Below are positions 15,141-23,395 of a stretch of DNA of 34,519 nt, piece after piece (the first letter of the stretch is position 1; each line of letters opens with the position of its first letter). The notes under the pieces were generated by a model. The model had not been told where the DNA came from and searched no databases. It was given only the letters and a program-made list of their open reading frames with translations. The DNA lies in IMG/VR virus record IMGVR_UViG_3300044507_000064, positions 1-34,519 of that record; one strand, 5' to 3'. A program made the translations under genes and the position numbers. This DNA is from a virus (Duplodnaviria > Caudoviricetes).

Positions 15141-15724
15141 CGCAGGCCCTCCGTCTGGATCCGCACGACGCCGGCATCGAGCGGTGCGAGGACCCTGAAC
15201 GCGTCATCGGACAAGTCGATGAGCCGCGTCCCGGTGCAGGCGTCGCAGTAGTCGACGACGAGGACCGTCAGGCAGACGGACGCCGAGGCCTGGACGCCGC
15301 AGATGGCCACCGGGTACGGGTCGTCGCCCCAGCGCCAGCTGTGGACGGCCCCGATGAACCCCTTTGCCGGGTACCAGGACGCGACGCCGCGGGTGATGGC
15401 AGCCGAGGGTGATGCAGTCGGCTGCCGATCGGTCCGCGCCGCTGCTTCGGCGTCAGGGTGGACCGATCCCGGGATCGGGGTCGCCGCCGCCGAGGTCGGC
15501 GCCCCGGTCGGCCGTCCACTCCTGCGCCCCAGGACGGACAACGAGTCCGCAGCGGGCTGGACGGCCGACCGCGAGGCCGAGACCTCGACGGGCTCGAACA
15601 TGCGCTCGGAGAGCTGGCCGATCGGCGTCGGCGGGCTCGCCGTCACCCGGCCCGCCAGGGCGAGCACGACGATGGCCGCAAGGGCGAGGAAGGCGAGCGT
15701 CACAATGCGCTGCTCGCGAGTCAC
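15137..15724 (-). CDS. Membrane-anchored RlpA-like double-psi beta-barrel protein
   Basis: GTG 15724; N-terminal TM, Pro/Ala/Ser linker, GVASWY...VLVVDYC...RLIDLSDDAF..LAPL..GVV. Confidence 0.8.
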   Translation of the reverse strand: MTREQRIVTLAFLALAAIVVLALAGRVTASPPTPIGQLSERMFEPVEVSASRSAVQPAADSLSVLGRRSGRPTGAPTSAAATPIPGSVHPDAEAAARTDRQPTASPSAAITRGVASWYPAKGFIGAVHSWRWGDDPYPVAICGVQASASVCLTVLVVDYCDACTGTRLIDLSDDAFRVLAPLDAGVVRIQTEGLR

Positions 15725-15987
15725 AGCGCCAGCAGCCCGGACACCGTCCCCACCAGCCCGCCGATAAGCGCCCCCCAGAGCAGGAGGCGCCGGTAGCGCC
15801 GGTTCAGCGCGGCGGCGGCCAGGATGACGGCGAGCAGCGCCGCCTTGAACGCCACGCCGCCCAGCGGGCCGAGCTCGAGGGCCGCGCGAACGGCGGGGTT
15901 GGCCTCGACGTCGGTGCCGTGGGCAGCCACGGCCGCGAGGGTGAAGCCAAGATCGGCGGCGTGGACGGCGAGGACGAGCGGGATCAT
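15721..15987 (-). CDS. Membrane protein (DUF5658-like), 88 aa
   Basis: ADLGFT...G..VEANP...FK pattern with three hydrophobic helices. Confidence 0.65.
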   Translation of the reverse strand: MIPLVLAVHAADLGFTLAAVAAHGTDVEANPAVRAALELGPLGGVAFKAALLAVILAAAALNRRYRRLLLWGALIGGLVGTVSGLLAL

Positions 15988-16391
15988 GCCGCGTCCTCGA
16001 CCAGCTCGACGACGATGCGCGCCCCGAGCTCGTCGAGGCCGTAGATCTTCGAGGCCGACAGGCGGACGACCTGGCTGTCGTCACCGAAGACGACGCCGGT
16101 CATGGAGTCGAGGCTGGCCCGGACGAGCTTGTCGAGATCAGGCCGGCGGTCGGGCCAACGATCGCGCTTCGGGCGGCTGGCCGGACGGGGGAGCTCGAAC
16201 TCGACCTGGACGCGGACGGGCCCGCGGAGCATCGGCAGCCCGCCCATCGCGAAGCGCGCCTCCGACGCGATCGCCGTGCGCCAGGCGCCGAGGCCCTTAG
16301 CGTCGCTCGTGACGATCGGGCGCCCGCCGCGGACGAACGCCCTCGTCGAACCCTGCGGGACGGGCAGGCCGCGGACCGTGAAGGCGATCAT
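15984..16391 (-). CDS. rusA: RusA-family Holliday junction resolvase
   Basis: G.PVPQGS, W, GPV, PDLDKL.R..LD, DDSQVV, K.Y motifs. Confidence 0.9.
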   Translation of the reverse strand: MIAFTVRGLPVPQGSTRAFVRGGRPIVTSDAKGLGAWRTAIASEARFAMGGLPMLRGPVRVQVEFELPRPASRPKRDRWPDRRPDLDKLVRASLDSMTGVVFGDDSQVVRLSASKIYGLDELGARIVVELVEDAA

Positions 16392-16783
16392 GACCAAGCG
16401 ATCCGGTCGAGGATCCGCTTGAGGGCGATCGTCGCCTCACGCTGGTCGGGCAGATCGGGATCCGGCTCGTCGCGCTGCGCCTCGGCGAGCTCGGCGCGCC
16501 AGGCGTCACGTCGATGGACGACGTACTGGACGACGCCGGACCAGGAGTCGCGCCTGGCGATCGCCTCGCGGAGCAGTGCCGGCGTCTCTCGGATCGCGCG
16601 GACCAGGATCGCCCGCTCCGACGGGTCCTCGTCCTCCCAGCTGTCCCACCGAGTCCCGTCGGGCGGGTAGATGATCCCCCGCATCGCGGCCTGGTGGCGG
16701 AACGGCTTCCACTCGTGGCTGAACCCGCCGGCGTCCCACGTCTCGAGGGACGCCTCCCAGTGAGCCCGGCTGAACGTCCTCAT
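16388..16783 (-). CDS. Hypothetical protein, 131 aa
   Basis: ATGA-coupled, normal codon usage, directly after the replication initiator. Confidence 0.7.
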   Translation of the reverse strand: MRTFSRAHWEASLETWDAGGFSHEWKPFRHQAAMRGIIYPPDGTRWDSWEDEDPSERAILVRAIRETPALLREAIARRDSWSGVVQYVVHRRDAWRAELAEAQRDEPDPDLPDQREATIALKRILDRIAWS

Positions 16784-17274
16784 GCCGGTTCGCCCACAGG
16801 GCTCACAGCGACCAGCTGCGGCCTACCACTCTTAGGCGTTGCTGTGAGCCCTTTATCGCCTACGCCTACGCCTATAGCGGAAGGAGTAGAGACGAGAGGA
16901 GGAGAATCTCTATTGGCGGTAGTAGTCACATCGTTACGGCGAGGTGACGCTACGGGCGTAACGGGGTGACGGTTGGCGGCCTTCCGCCGACGGAGTCGAC
17001 GCATCCTCTCGGCGACGGTCAGGTCACCCTCCTGCCACTCGTCCCAACCGTCGACGTAGAAGCGACCGTCGGTGCAGAGGACGACGTCGCCGCGCTCGAC
17101 CATCTCCTTCGCCCGCCGGCGGCCGACGGCCCGATTCAGGACGCCGCGGGTGGCAAAGCGCCCCCGATCGGTCTGCCGGTTGGCGGTGCAGAGCAGGAGG
17201 ACCATGCCCAGCGGGTCGGCGTGCTGGTCGAGATTCGGGCTCATGCGCAGGTAGGCGCGCGGGAACTCGCTCAT
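16780..17274 (-). CDS. Putative replication initiator (replisome organizer-like), 164 aa
   Basis: YVDGWDEWQ...AERMRRLRRRK followed by a low-complexity VT/RN-rich linker typical of phage initiators that contain the origin. Confidence 0.65.
   Translation of the reverse strand: MSEFPRAYLRMSPNLDQHADPLGMVLLLCTANRQTDRGRFATRGVLNRAVGRRRAKEMVERGDVVLCTDGRFYVDGWDEWQEGDLTVAERMRRLRRRKAANRHPVTPVASPRRNDVTTTANRDSPPLVSTPSAIGVGVGDKGLTATPKSGRPQLVAVSPVGEPA
16798..16972. promoter_or_regulatory. Putative replication origin within initiator gene
   Basis: Lower GC; 12-bp inverted repeat AGGGCTCACAGC/GCTGTGAGCCCT (16798-16809, 16841-16852); CGCCTA x3; purine tract; clustered GT(G/A)ACG and CGTTAC iteron-like hexamers. 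Confidence 0.55.
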
Positions 17275-17525
17275 GCGTCGTCGGCCCCGGCGTACCCACG
17301 CCACAGCTCGGCCTCGGAGAGTGGGGGCATCGCCTCGTCGCGGCTGACGGCGACGGTGACGTCCCACCAGCCCAGCCAGTGACCGTCGGGCTCCGTGCGC
17401 TTGCGGATCGAGGCGACCGTGCGCAGACGCAGGGATGGCTCAGCTGCTGCCCACTCGCGCGCCTGGCGCTGCGCGTCGACCGCGTCGTCGGCCCGGAACG
17501 CGAGGACGAGACGTTCGACGCTCAT
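17271..17525 (-). CDS. Hypothetical protein, 84 aa
   Basis: MSVERLVLAF...; ATGA overlaps at both ends. Confidence 0.7.
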   Translation of the reverse strand: MSVERLVLAFRADDAVDAQRQAREWAAAEPSLRLRTVASIRKRTEPDGHWLGWWDVTVAVSRDEAMPPLSEAELWRGYAGADDA

Positions 17526-18085
17526 GAGGCCGAGGCCTTCTTCGCGGCGATCCGCGCGAGGGCGAGCTCGCGGAGCCGCTCGCGAGTCTCGGGCGTGTGC
17601 GGCTTGCGCTGGCGATCGCCGTCGATCGGCATGGCCGCGGCCTTCGTCTTGACGTAGTGCGAGCAGGACGCCGTCGCGGTGAAGCTGATCGTCACTGCCT
17701 GGTCGAGCGGCGGCAGGCTGACGTCGAGCTCGTCGAGGTCCTCGAGCTGGGGTCGGATGCGGCAGACCTCGCGGTGGCCGCAGGTCGGGCAGGGAGCGGC
17801 GACGCTGACCTCGACCGACTCGGCGGCGGTCGCCCGGCGGGCCGCGTAGATCGCCGCTGTGCGGGCCGCGCCCGCGGCCTGGTGCTCGTCCACGTCCTCG
17901 TCCTCCTCGACGCCGCCTGGCGTCCCGTTGCAGCGGCCCTGGGCGCGCATCTCGGCGGCGTAGCCGAGGGGGCAGTCCGAGCACGGGCGATCGCCCAGCC
18001 GCAGGTAGCCCGACGAGCGCCAGGTCGCCCACTCCTCGTCGCTCATGCAGGCCGGCGCCCAGGTCTCGACGGCGAGGGCGTTCAT
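17522..18085 (-). CDS. Cys-rich putative DNA-binding protein, 187 aa
   Basis: PACM...PCSDC...GRC, CPTCGHREVC...CSHY, and NUMOD3-like RKPHTPETRERL. Confidence 0.65.
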   Translation of the reverse strand: MNALAVETWAPACMSDEEWATWRSSGYLRLGDRPCSDCPLGYAAEMRAQGRCNGTPGGVEEDEDVDEHQAAGAARTAAIYAARRATAAESVEVSVAAPCPTCGHREVCRIRPQLEDLDELDVSLPPLDQAVTISFTATASCSHYVKTKAAAMPIDGDRQRKPHTPETRERLRELALARIAAKKASAS

Positions 18086-18291
18086 GCGCTCTTCCTCCGC
18101 CGCCAGGCGGCCGAGTCAGGGCATGTCGCGAAGTGGCTCGTCCCGTCCTGGTCGACTGGCGCCCGCTTCCCGGCCGACGTCAGGCACCAGGCGATCTCCG
18201 CCCGGCAGGAGCGGCAGCGCCCGAAGTTGTCAAAGCGCCAGCCGAGCGGGATGACCCAGGGACGGTCGCCGGTTTCGCGCTCGTCGAACAT
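18082..18291 (-). CDS. Small zinc-finger protein, 69 aa
   Basis: CRSCRAEIAW..T..GK..PVD...HFATCP. Confidence 0.75.
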   Translation of the reverse strand: MFDERETGDRPWVIPLGWRFDNFGRCRSCRAEIAWCLTSAGKRAPVDQDGTSHFATCPDSAAWRRRKSA

Positions 18292-18638
18292 CAGGACACC
18301 GCCCAGGGCAGCGCCAGCGGCTCCGGAGCGGCCAGGCGTGCCTCCTCGGCCGCCATCGCTCGGGCCTCGGCACGCTCGGCGCCGACGGTCGCGAGCTGGG
18401 TCAGCGCCCGCTCGTGGCGACGCTCGACGTTCGAGGCGTACTCAGCGGCCGTCCGCGGGCGCCAGTAGCCCCGGGATCCGGAGCACACGCGCCCGAGGCG
18501 TTCCTTGCGGATCGTCTCGATCGCCCCCTGGGCCGTGCGCTCGGACACGCGCGCCAGGCGGGCGATGATCGGCAGCGTGCGGGCGTGCTCAACGCCGACC
18601 GCGATCGCGTCGAGGACCGAGGCCTCCGCGCCGGTCAT
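18291..18638 (-). CDS. Winged-helix-like protein, 115 aa
   Basis: IARLARVSERTAQGAIETIR...VCSGSRGYW. Confidence 0.65.
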   Translation of the reverse strand: MTGAEASVLDAIAVGVEHARTLPIIARLARVSERTAQGAIETIRKERLGRVCSGSRGYWRPRTAAEYASNVERRHERALTQLATVGAERAEARAMAAEEARLAAPEPLALPWAVS

Positions 18639-19078
18639 GACTGGGCTCCCGCGGCGAGAAGAGGCAGACCGCCCTCGGCGATCAGGGCCCCCACCGTCCG
18701 CCCGTCGCGAAGCACGAGATATGGGAGGAGCTCGCGCTCAAGCGTCGTGTCGCCTGCGTCGATGAACTCGAGCTTGGCCTTGAGGAGCAGGACGTTCGCG
18801 CGCCAACGACGCCGCCACTCCGCGTCCACCTTCGCCTGGTGGTCGTAGACGAGGTGCCACTTGCCGCCCTCGTCGACGTAGCGGCGCCGCACCTCCTCGA
18901 GCGTCGGACGCACGATGTCCAGCCGGAACGCGTGGCCGCCGAGCTCGAACTGGAGGATGTCACCGGAGGGCTCGGTGGCCCAGGCCATCCGGACGACGCC
19001 ATGGCGAGCGAGGATCCCGCTGATCTCGCCGCGGCTCGACTCGACGGGGACCTTCGTCCCCTCGGCGTACCGGGTCAC
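18635..19078 (-). CDS. Conserved phage hypothetical protein, 147 aa
   Basis: GTG 19078; YAEGTKVPVESSRGEI..IL.RHG...WR...LLLKAKLE...LPYLV..DGRTV. Confidence 0.75.
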   Translation of the reverse strand: MTRYAEGTKVPVESSRGEISGILARHGVVRMAWATEPSGDILQFELGGHAFRLDIVRPTLEEVRRRYVDEGGKWHLVYDHQAKVDAEWRRRWRANVLLLKAKLEFIDAGDTTLERELLPYLVLRDGRTVGALIAEGGLPLLAAGAQS

Positions 19079-19569
19079 GGCTGCTCGCCCGCGATGTCGG
19101 TCACGTCCCAGGCCAGACCGAGGCCTGGGACGTCGACGGGCGCCGAGGCGGGGATCGTCAGCTGGCCGCAGACGTGGGTCCGGGGCTTCGCCTTCGCGCG
19201 CAGGCGCAGCTCGGCGTGCGCGCTGTCCACGCGGAGCTCGGGCTCGATCGACATCCGGATCGGCCCCGCGATCAGGCAGCGCGGGCAGACGGCCCAGACC
19301 GTCACGACGGAGTCGGTCACGACCTCGGCCGCGCGGTCGTCGACAGCCGGGAGCGGCATCATGTAGAGCCCGTTGCAGGCCTCGGTCCAGGCCTTGTGGG
19401 TGACGACGCGGACGCCGTCCAGGTCGCCGCCGACGATCTCGAGCTCGGCCTCTCGGAGGCGGGCGTCGAGCTCGTCGAGAAGCTCGCTGCGGAAGCGCTG
19501 GCGGCTCTCCCAATGCTTCTCGGTCTCGGGCGCGACGTCGGCGCCGAGCGGGCGCTCCTCGACGGTCAT
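19075..19569 (-). CDS. Hypothetical protein with CxxC...HxC, 164 aa
   Basis: SD GAGGAGG before ATG 19569; CPRC and HVC. Confidence 0.7.
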   Translation of the reverse strand: MTVEERPLGADVAPETEKHWESRQRFRSELLDELDARLREAELEIVGGDLDGVRVVTHKAWTEACNGLYMMPLPAVDDRAAEVVTDSVVTVWAVCPRCLIAGPIRMSIEPELRVDSAHAELRLRAKAKPRTHVCGQLTIPASAPVDVPGLGLAWDVTDIAGEQP

Positions 19570-19580
19570 GCTGATCCTCC

Positions 19581-20294
19581 TCAGAACTCGAGCTCGGCGA
19601 ACTCGGCCGGCGCCTCGACGGACTCCAGGGCCTGGGCCGTCTCCTCGGGGTTCGCGTTCGCCGGCGCCTCGTACTGGGCGCGCCGGGCGGCAACGCGTTC
19701 GCGGATCGGGAGTGCCGATACGCGCTCGGCGCGCGCCTCCGCCGCATCGCGGGCGTCTGCCTGGGCCATCTCCTCGGTCGTGTAGATGTCGGCGAGGACG
19801 TAGGGGAAGGCCTTGCGCAGTGCGAGCGCCTCGGCGCACTTCGCCAGCTGGTTGCGCGGCATCTTCGACCACATCGGAGCGTCGCCGCCCGGGTGGAACT
19901 CGTCCCAGTAGGCCGTCGCCGACTGGCCCACGCGCCGGCCGCCGCGGAAGCGGTAGACAGTCACCCGTGCCCACTCCGGATGCCGCGGGCTGCCCTCGAC
20001 CATCGGCCCGTACTCGGGCTCGTCGGACTGGTCGTACTCGCCCGTCCGCTCGGCGATCGAGCGATAGCCGTCGATCGACGTCTGGAACGTGACCCGGTTC
20101 TTGCGCTTCACCGCGTAGATCTGCTTCGCGAACGGATCGAGACCCGAGCGGTTCGCGACCATCGCGAAGAGCTTCAGCTCCTCGTTCGTCAGCTCGGGCG
20201 CCAGGACCTCGCGGACGGCGTTCAGGCCCGAGAGGATCTGGGCGGTCGAGAGTCCCCCGTCCTGGACGATGGCGAGGGCGCGTGCTTCGGTCAT
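19581..20294 (-). CDS. RecT/Bet single-strand annealing protein
   Basis: ELKLF...GLDPFAKQIYAVK, QTSIDGYRSIAERTG, W.KMP..QLAKCAEALALRKAFP, IYTTEEM. Confidence 0.92.
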   Translation of the reverse strand: MTEARALAIVQDGGLSTAQILSGLNAVREVLAPELTNEELKLFAMVANRSGLDPFAKQIYAVKRKNRVTFQTSIDGYRSIAERTGEYDQSDEPEYGPMVEGSPRHPEWARVTVYRFRGGRRVGQSATAYWDEFHPGGDAPMWSKMPRNQLAKCAEALALRKAFPYVLADIYTTEEMAQADARDAAEARAERVSALPIRERVAARRAQYEAPANANPEETAQALESVEAPAEFAELEF

Positions 20295-20728
20295 GCGGCG
20301 ACTCCCTTCGACAGCCGCCCAGACGTTGCGCTGGACGGGGTCCTGCGTTGGCGGTACTGGCGACTCCAGCGTTTGCCGCATTCACGGCACACGCGCCGAT
20401 CGCCACGCGGCGCTTGCTGGTACGCGTGGCCGAACCGACAGGGCGGCCGGCGCGCGGCCCTCGCGGGCGCTCCGAAGCCGCGGAGGATGTTCGTGCGGCA
20501 GGAGACGACCTCGAGGTGGTCAGGGTTGACGCACGAGCGGTTTCGACAGAGGTGGTCGAGCTGCTCCTCGCGCCCTAGGTCACGCACGAGCAGCTCGTAG
20601 ATCGCGCGATGCGCCACGCGGGTCCGCCCCGCGAGCCACACCTGGCCGTAGCCATCGCGCCCTACGCGCCCCAGCCACTGCCAGCAGTCACCTGGCTCGA
20701 TCCGATTCAGGATCCGGTCCGGGATCAT
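20291..20728 (-). CDS. HNH endonuclease (homing type)
   Basis: CWQWLG....GYG...AHR..YE...LDHLCRNRSCVNPDHLEVV...N, C..GH, R.CREC. Confidence 0.9.
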   Translation of the reverse strand: MIPDRILNRIEPGDCWQWLGRVGRDGYGQVWLAGRTRVAHRAIYELLVRDLGREEQLDHLCRNRSCVNPDHLEVVSCRTNILRGFGAPARAARRPPCRFGHAYQQAPRGDRRVCRECGKRWSRQYRQRRTPSSATSGRLSKGVAA

Positions 20729-21702
20729 CGGCTGAGCCTCAGGACCCGCGGGCCCTCCGAGGTCGTGGTGTGGATGGAGGCGACGTCGTCGAGGGACGTG
20801 GTCCCGAACGCTTCAGAGAGCTCCTGGTCGGACGCGATCCGCTCGAGGGCCTCGCGGTAGGCCACGGCGAGAGCCGGCCAGTTCACGCGCATCGAGTCGG
20901 CGTTCTTGCGGTAGGTGACGAGGTCCTCGATCCCCGACGCGTCGCCGAGCAGGGCGCGGAGGGCGTTCGACACGGTCGCCTCGGCGTCCTCGGCCGAACG
21001 CTTCGCGTCCTTCGCGGCGCGCAGCTGCTCGACGAGCGCGACGAGGTCAGGCGTCGCCGGCAGGAGCGTCCCGTCGTCGACGGGGTGCAGGCGCGCTAGC
21101 GCCCGGCGGGTGGATTCGGACCCGTCGACCGGCGGCGGCGTCCGGGTCTCCACGCGATGCCAGAAGGCGCGGGCCATGTCCTCGAGCTCGCGCACGAGGT
21201 CCTCGTCGCGGGACACCTCGACGATCCGGGCCGATCGCCCGGCCAGCGCGACGACGTCGGCGACGTCCCAGCCCGTCACGAAGAGCTGCCACTGCACCTG
21301 GAGGAGCACGTCGTCGGGAACGCCCTCCTCTCCCCAGCGCCAGCTGTTCGTCCACTTGCCCTCGACGACGCGCCTGACGGGCGCCGTCGCGTCGAGCGAT
21401 GCGTGCGCCCAGGGGAGGCGCGGGTGGACACGCATCGAGGGGGCGCGCTTGGGGTGCCGGCCGGTGCGGCGCTCGTAGATCGCGAGCAGCACCGGCTCCA
21501 TGAGATGGCCGATCGCGAAGAGCTCCGCCTGCTCCGGATCAGGCTCCGGATCGGGCATGAGGCCGGTCTTCACCGCCCATAGCTCGTAAGCCGAGCGGTA
21601 GGGGCTCTCGCCGGCGATCGCCGGGATGTCGGAGGACCCGATCCCCGAGCGTCGCGCCTCGAGCCAGGCGGGCGTGCCCTGGATGACGGCGAGCGCGCTC
21701 AT
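20725..21702 (-). CDS. YqaJ/lambda-type recombination exonuclease
   Basis: WLEARRSGIGSSD, SPY, GH.MEP, ASLDA, VEGK, QVQWQL.VTG. Confidence 0.92.
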   Translation of the reverse strand: MSALAVIQGTPAWLEARRSGIGSSDIPAIAGESPYRSAYELWAVKTGLMPDPEPDPEQAELFAIGHLMEPVLLAIYERRTGRHPKRAPSMRVHPRLPWAHASLDATAPVRRVVEGKWTNSWRWGEEGVPDDVLLQVQWQLFVTGWDVADVVALAGRSARIVEVSRDEDLVRELEDMARAFWHRVETRTPPPVDGSESTRRALARLHPVDDGTLLPATPDLVALVEQLRAAKDAKRSAEDAEATVSNALRALLGDASGIEDLVTYRKNADSMRVNWPALAVAYREALERIASDQELSEAFGTTSLDDVASIHTTTSEGPRVLRLSR

Positions 21703-21815
21703 CGGCCGGGCAGCGGCATGTGCCCGTCGGGGACGGGCGTCGCGTGGCGATAGGTGAAGGTGCGGCGGAGGTAGACGAGGCGATGGCCGCAGATGCGGCA
21801 GACGAGCTCGCTCAT
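21699..21815 (-). CDS. 38-aa zinc-finger micro-protein
   Basis: MSELVCRICGHRLVYLRRTFTYRHATPVPDGHMPLPGR; CxxC...H...H; ATGA overlaps at both ends. Confidence 0.65.
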   Translation of the reverse strand: MSELVCRICGHRLVYLRRTFTYRHATPVPDGHMPLPGR

Positions 21816-22030
21816 CGCCCGTAGGCCTCTGTGTATTCGCCAGGAGCCCAGCCGAGCTCGGCCATGCGCTTGGCGCAGTCGATCGGGTCGGGCGCGCTCC
21901 GCTCGGCCTCCCAGTCGCGCACCACGCCGGCGACGAAGTCAGGCAGGCGCGGGAACGACGCCTGCGGGTCGCTCATCTCGAGCTCGACGTGCTCCTGGAT
22001 CGATCGGCAGGGATCGAGGTGGACGGTCAT
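21812..22030 (-). CDS. Hypothetical protein, 72 aa
   Basis: ATGA-coupled in early operon. Confidence 0.65.
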   Translation of the reverse strand: MTVHLDPCRSIQEHVELEMSDPQASFPRLPDFVAGVVRDWEAERSAPDPIDCAKRMAELGWAPGEYTEAYGR

Positions 22031-22476
22031 GACGCCACCGCCCTATCGAGACGGCGGTTCCGGTGGAACTTCCGCACGTTGCACGGCTGGCAGAGCGTCT
22101 GGAGGTTCGCTGGCACGTTCGGACCGCCCCGCGACATCTCCACGATGTGATCGATGCCCCTGCCGCTGCCGCAATCGATGCAGATGGGCTGGCGTTCCCA
22201 GAGGGCTCGAACGTCCTCGGTCGTCAACCGCCCGGGGATCCCGTAGGCCCGCGCTGTCCGATTGGCGTCCCGGGCGGCAACGCGAGCGGCATCGTCATTG
22301 GCGAGCCCCGCCGCGCGACGCGCCCGCATCCGTTCGCGCGCCTCGGCACGGAGCCTGTCCGGGCTGGCCCAGTAGCGACGCACGCCGTACTCGCGGTGGT
22401 ATTCGCGAAGCTGGTCGCGATGGCTTGCGCGCCACGCCCGTAGGTAGTCCTTGCGGTCTGTAGCCGAATCCGGCAT
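22027..22476 (-). CDS. HNH endonuclease, 149 aa
   Basis: SD GGAGG; Arg-rich N-terminus; CIDCG...IDHIVEMSRGGPN..ANLQTLCQPCN. Confidence 0.88.
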   Translation of the reverse strand: MPDSATDRKDYLRAWRASHRDQLREYHREYGVRRYWASPDRLRAEARERMRARRAAGLANDDAARVAARDANRTARAYGIPGRLTTEDVRALWERQPICIDCGSGRGIDHIVEMSRGGPNVPANLQTLCQPCNVRKFHRNRRLDRAVAS

Positions 22477-22493
22477 CGTTGCCTCCGTCTTTC

Positions 22494-22543
22494 AACAGAC
22501 ACGAACCGCCCCGCCTTCTTTCGGAGGACGACGGGGCGGTTCG
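22494..22543 (-). terminator. Hairpin terminator/attenuator after the first two early genes
   Basis: 12-bp arms CGAACCGCCCCG/CGGGGCGGTTCG (22502-22513, 22532-22543), GAAA-capped inner stem, followed by TGTCTGTT on the minus strand. Confidence 0.6.
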
Positions 22544-22544
22544 C

Positions 22545-22706
22545 TTACTTGCGGGTACCCCGAGTACCCGCCCCCGGCGGTGTGCTGATGAGCGCCCACG
22601 TCCCCGCCACGATCGCCACGAAGATGGCGACGATGCCCACGGCGACGACGAGCTGGGTGAACGTGGCGATGGCCACGAGGAACGGGCCTGCGAAGTCCGG
22701 GGTCAT
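22545..22706 (-). CDS. Small membrane protein, 53 aa
   Basis: SD GGAGGT, ATGA-coupled to cro; long hydrophobic stretch. Confidence 0.7.
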   Translation of the reverse strand: MTPDFAGPFLVAIATFTQLVVAVGIVAIFVAIVAGTWALISTPPGAGTRGTRK

Positions 22707-22897
22707 GCCGCCACCTCCACTCCGAGGACGAGCGAGACGCGGCGCAGCCATTCGCGCGACGGCTCGAGCTCACCCCGGCTATAGGCGTAGACCGTCCGTC
22801 GGCTCTTGCCCGTGTTGTCGGCGAGCCAGCCGATCGAGCGGCCTTGGTAGCGCAGGACGGTGCGCCAGTAGGGAGCTGTGGTTTCGGCGGTCTGCAT
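22703..22897 (-). CDS. Cro-like XRE HTH protein, 64 aa
   Basis: QGRSIGWLADNTGKSRRTVYAYSRGELEP; divergent from the repressor. Confidence 0.85.
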   Translation of the reverse strand: MQTAETTAPYWRTVLRYQGRSIGWLADNTGKSRRTVYAYSRGELEPSREWLRRVSLVLGVEVAA

Positions 22898-22905
22898 GGC
22901 TAGAG

Positions 22906-22934
22906 ACACTAGCGAACCGCGGAACCACTGTCAA
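22906..22934 (-). promoter_or_regulatory. Early lytic promoter
   Basis: TTGACA, 17-nt spacer, TAGTGT, 8 nt before cro ATG with no SD (probably leaderless or nearly so). Confidence 0.8.
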
Positions 22935-22940
22935 CCTCTT

Positions 22941-23010
22941 TACACCCACAATCTCGGGGTGTACCGTCCGCGATTGACGGAAGGTGGTGCGTTCTGGCAC
23001 CACTTCGTCG
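22941..23010. promoter_or_regulatory. Operator-like inverted repeats and repressor promoter region
   Basis: TACACCC-N9-GGGTGTA (22941-22963), TTGACG (22974-22979), GTGGTGC-N6-GCACCAC (22984-23003). Confidence 0.5.
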
Positions 23011-23023
23011 GAGGCACGGCTCT

Positions 23024-23395
23024 ATGCCCGAGCCGTTGACGAGGGGCGAGTCCCTGAAGCGAGCCGTCCTCTCAGCAGCCGCAGCCGAGGGGATCTACTC
23101 GCTCGCGGAGCTCGCTCGGGTGGCCCACGTGAACAAGGACACGATGGGCAAGTGGTTCGCCGAAGCGAGCACGCCGACCGACGAGACGTTCGCCCTCGTC
23201 GCTTCCGCCATCAGCCGACCGGTCAGCTATCTGTGGGATGCCTGGGAAGGCCGTCAGAAGCCCTCAGGCGACGCGATCCGCGAAGCCGTGGCCGTTGGCG
23301 TCGCCGAGGGCCTCGAGCGGTTCCTGGGCCGTCCTGGGGCGGCAGAAGCAGTGCGACGAGCGCGGCCTCGACAGCCGCCGCCACCGTCTCGGTGA
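23024..23395 (+). CDS. Immunity repressor (XRE HTH), 123 aa
   Basis: SD GGAGG; SLAELARVAHVNKDTMGKWF....P......VASAI..PVSYLW; divergent from cro; no S24 peptidase domain. Confidence 0.8.
   Translation: MPEPLTRGESLKRAVLSAAAAEGIYSLAELARVAHVNKDTMGKWFAEASTPTDETFALVASAISRPVSYLWDAWEGRQKPSGDAIREAVAVGVAEGLERFLGRPGAAEAVRRARPRQPPPPSR

Noticed and set aside
17522-18085. WhiB-family regulator
   Set aside because: Cys spacing differs and the G(V/I)WGG turn is absent.
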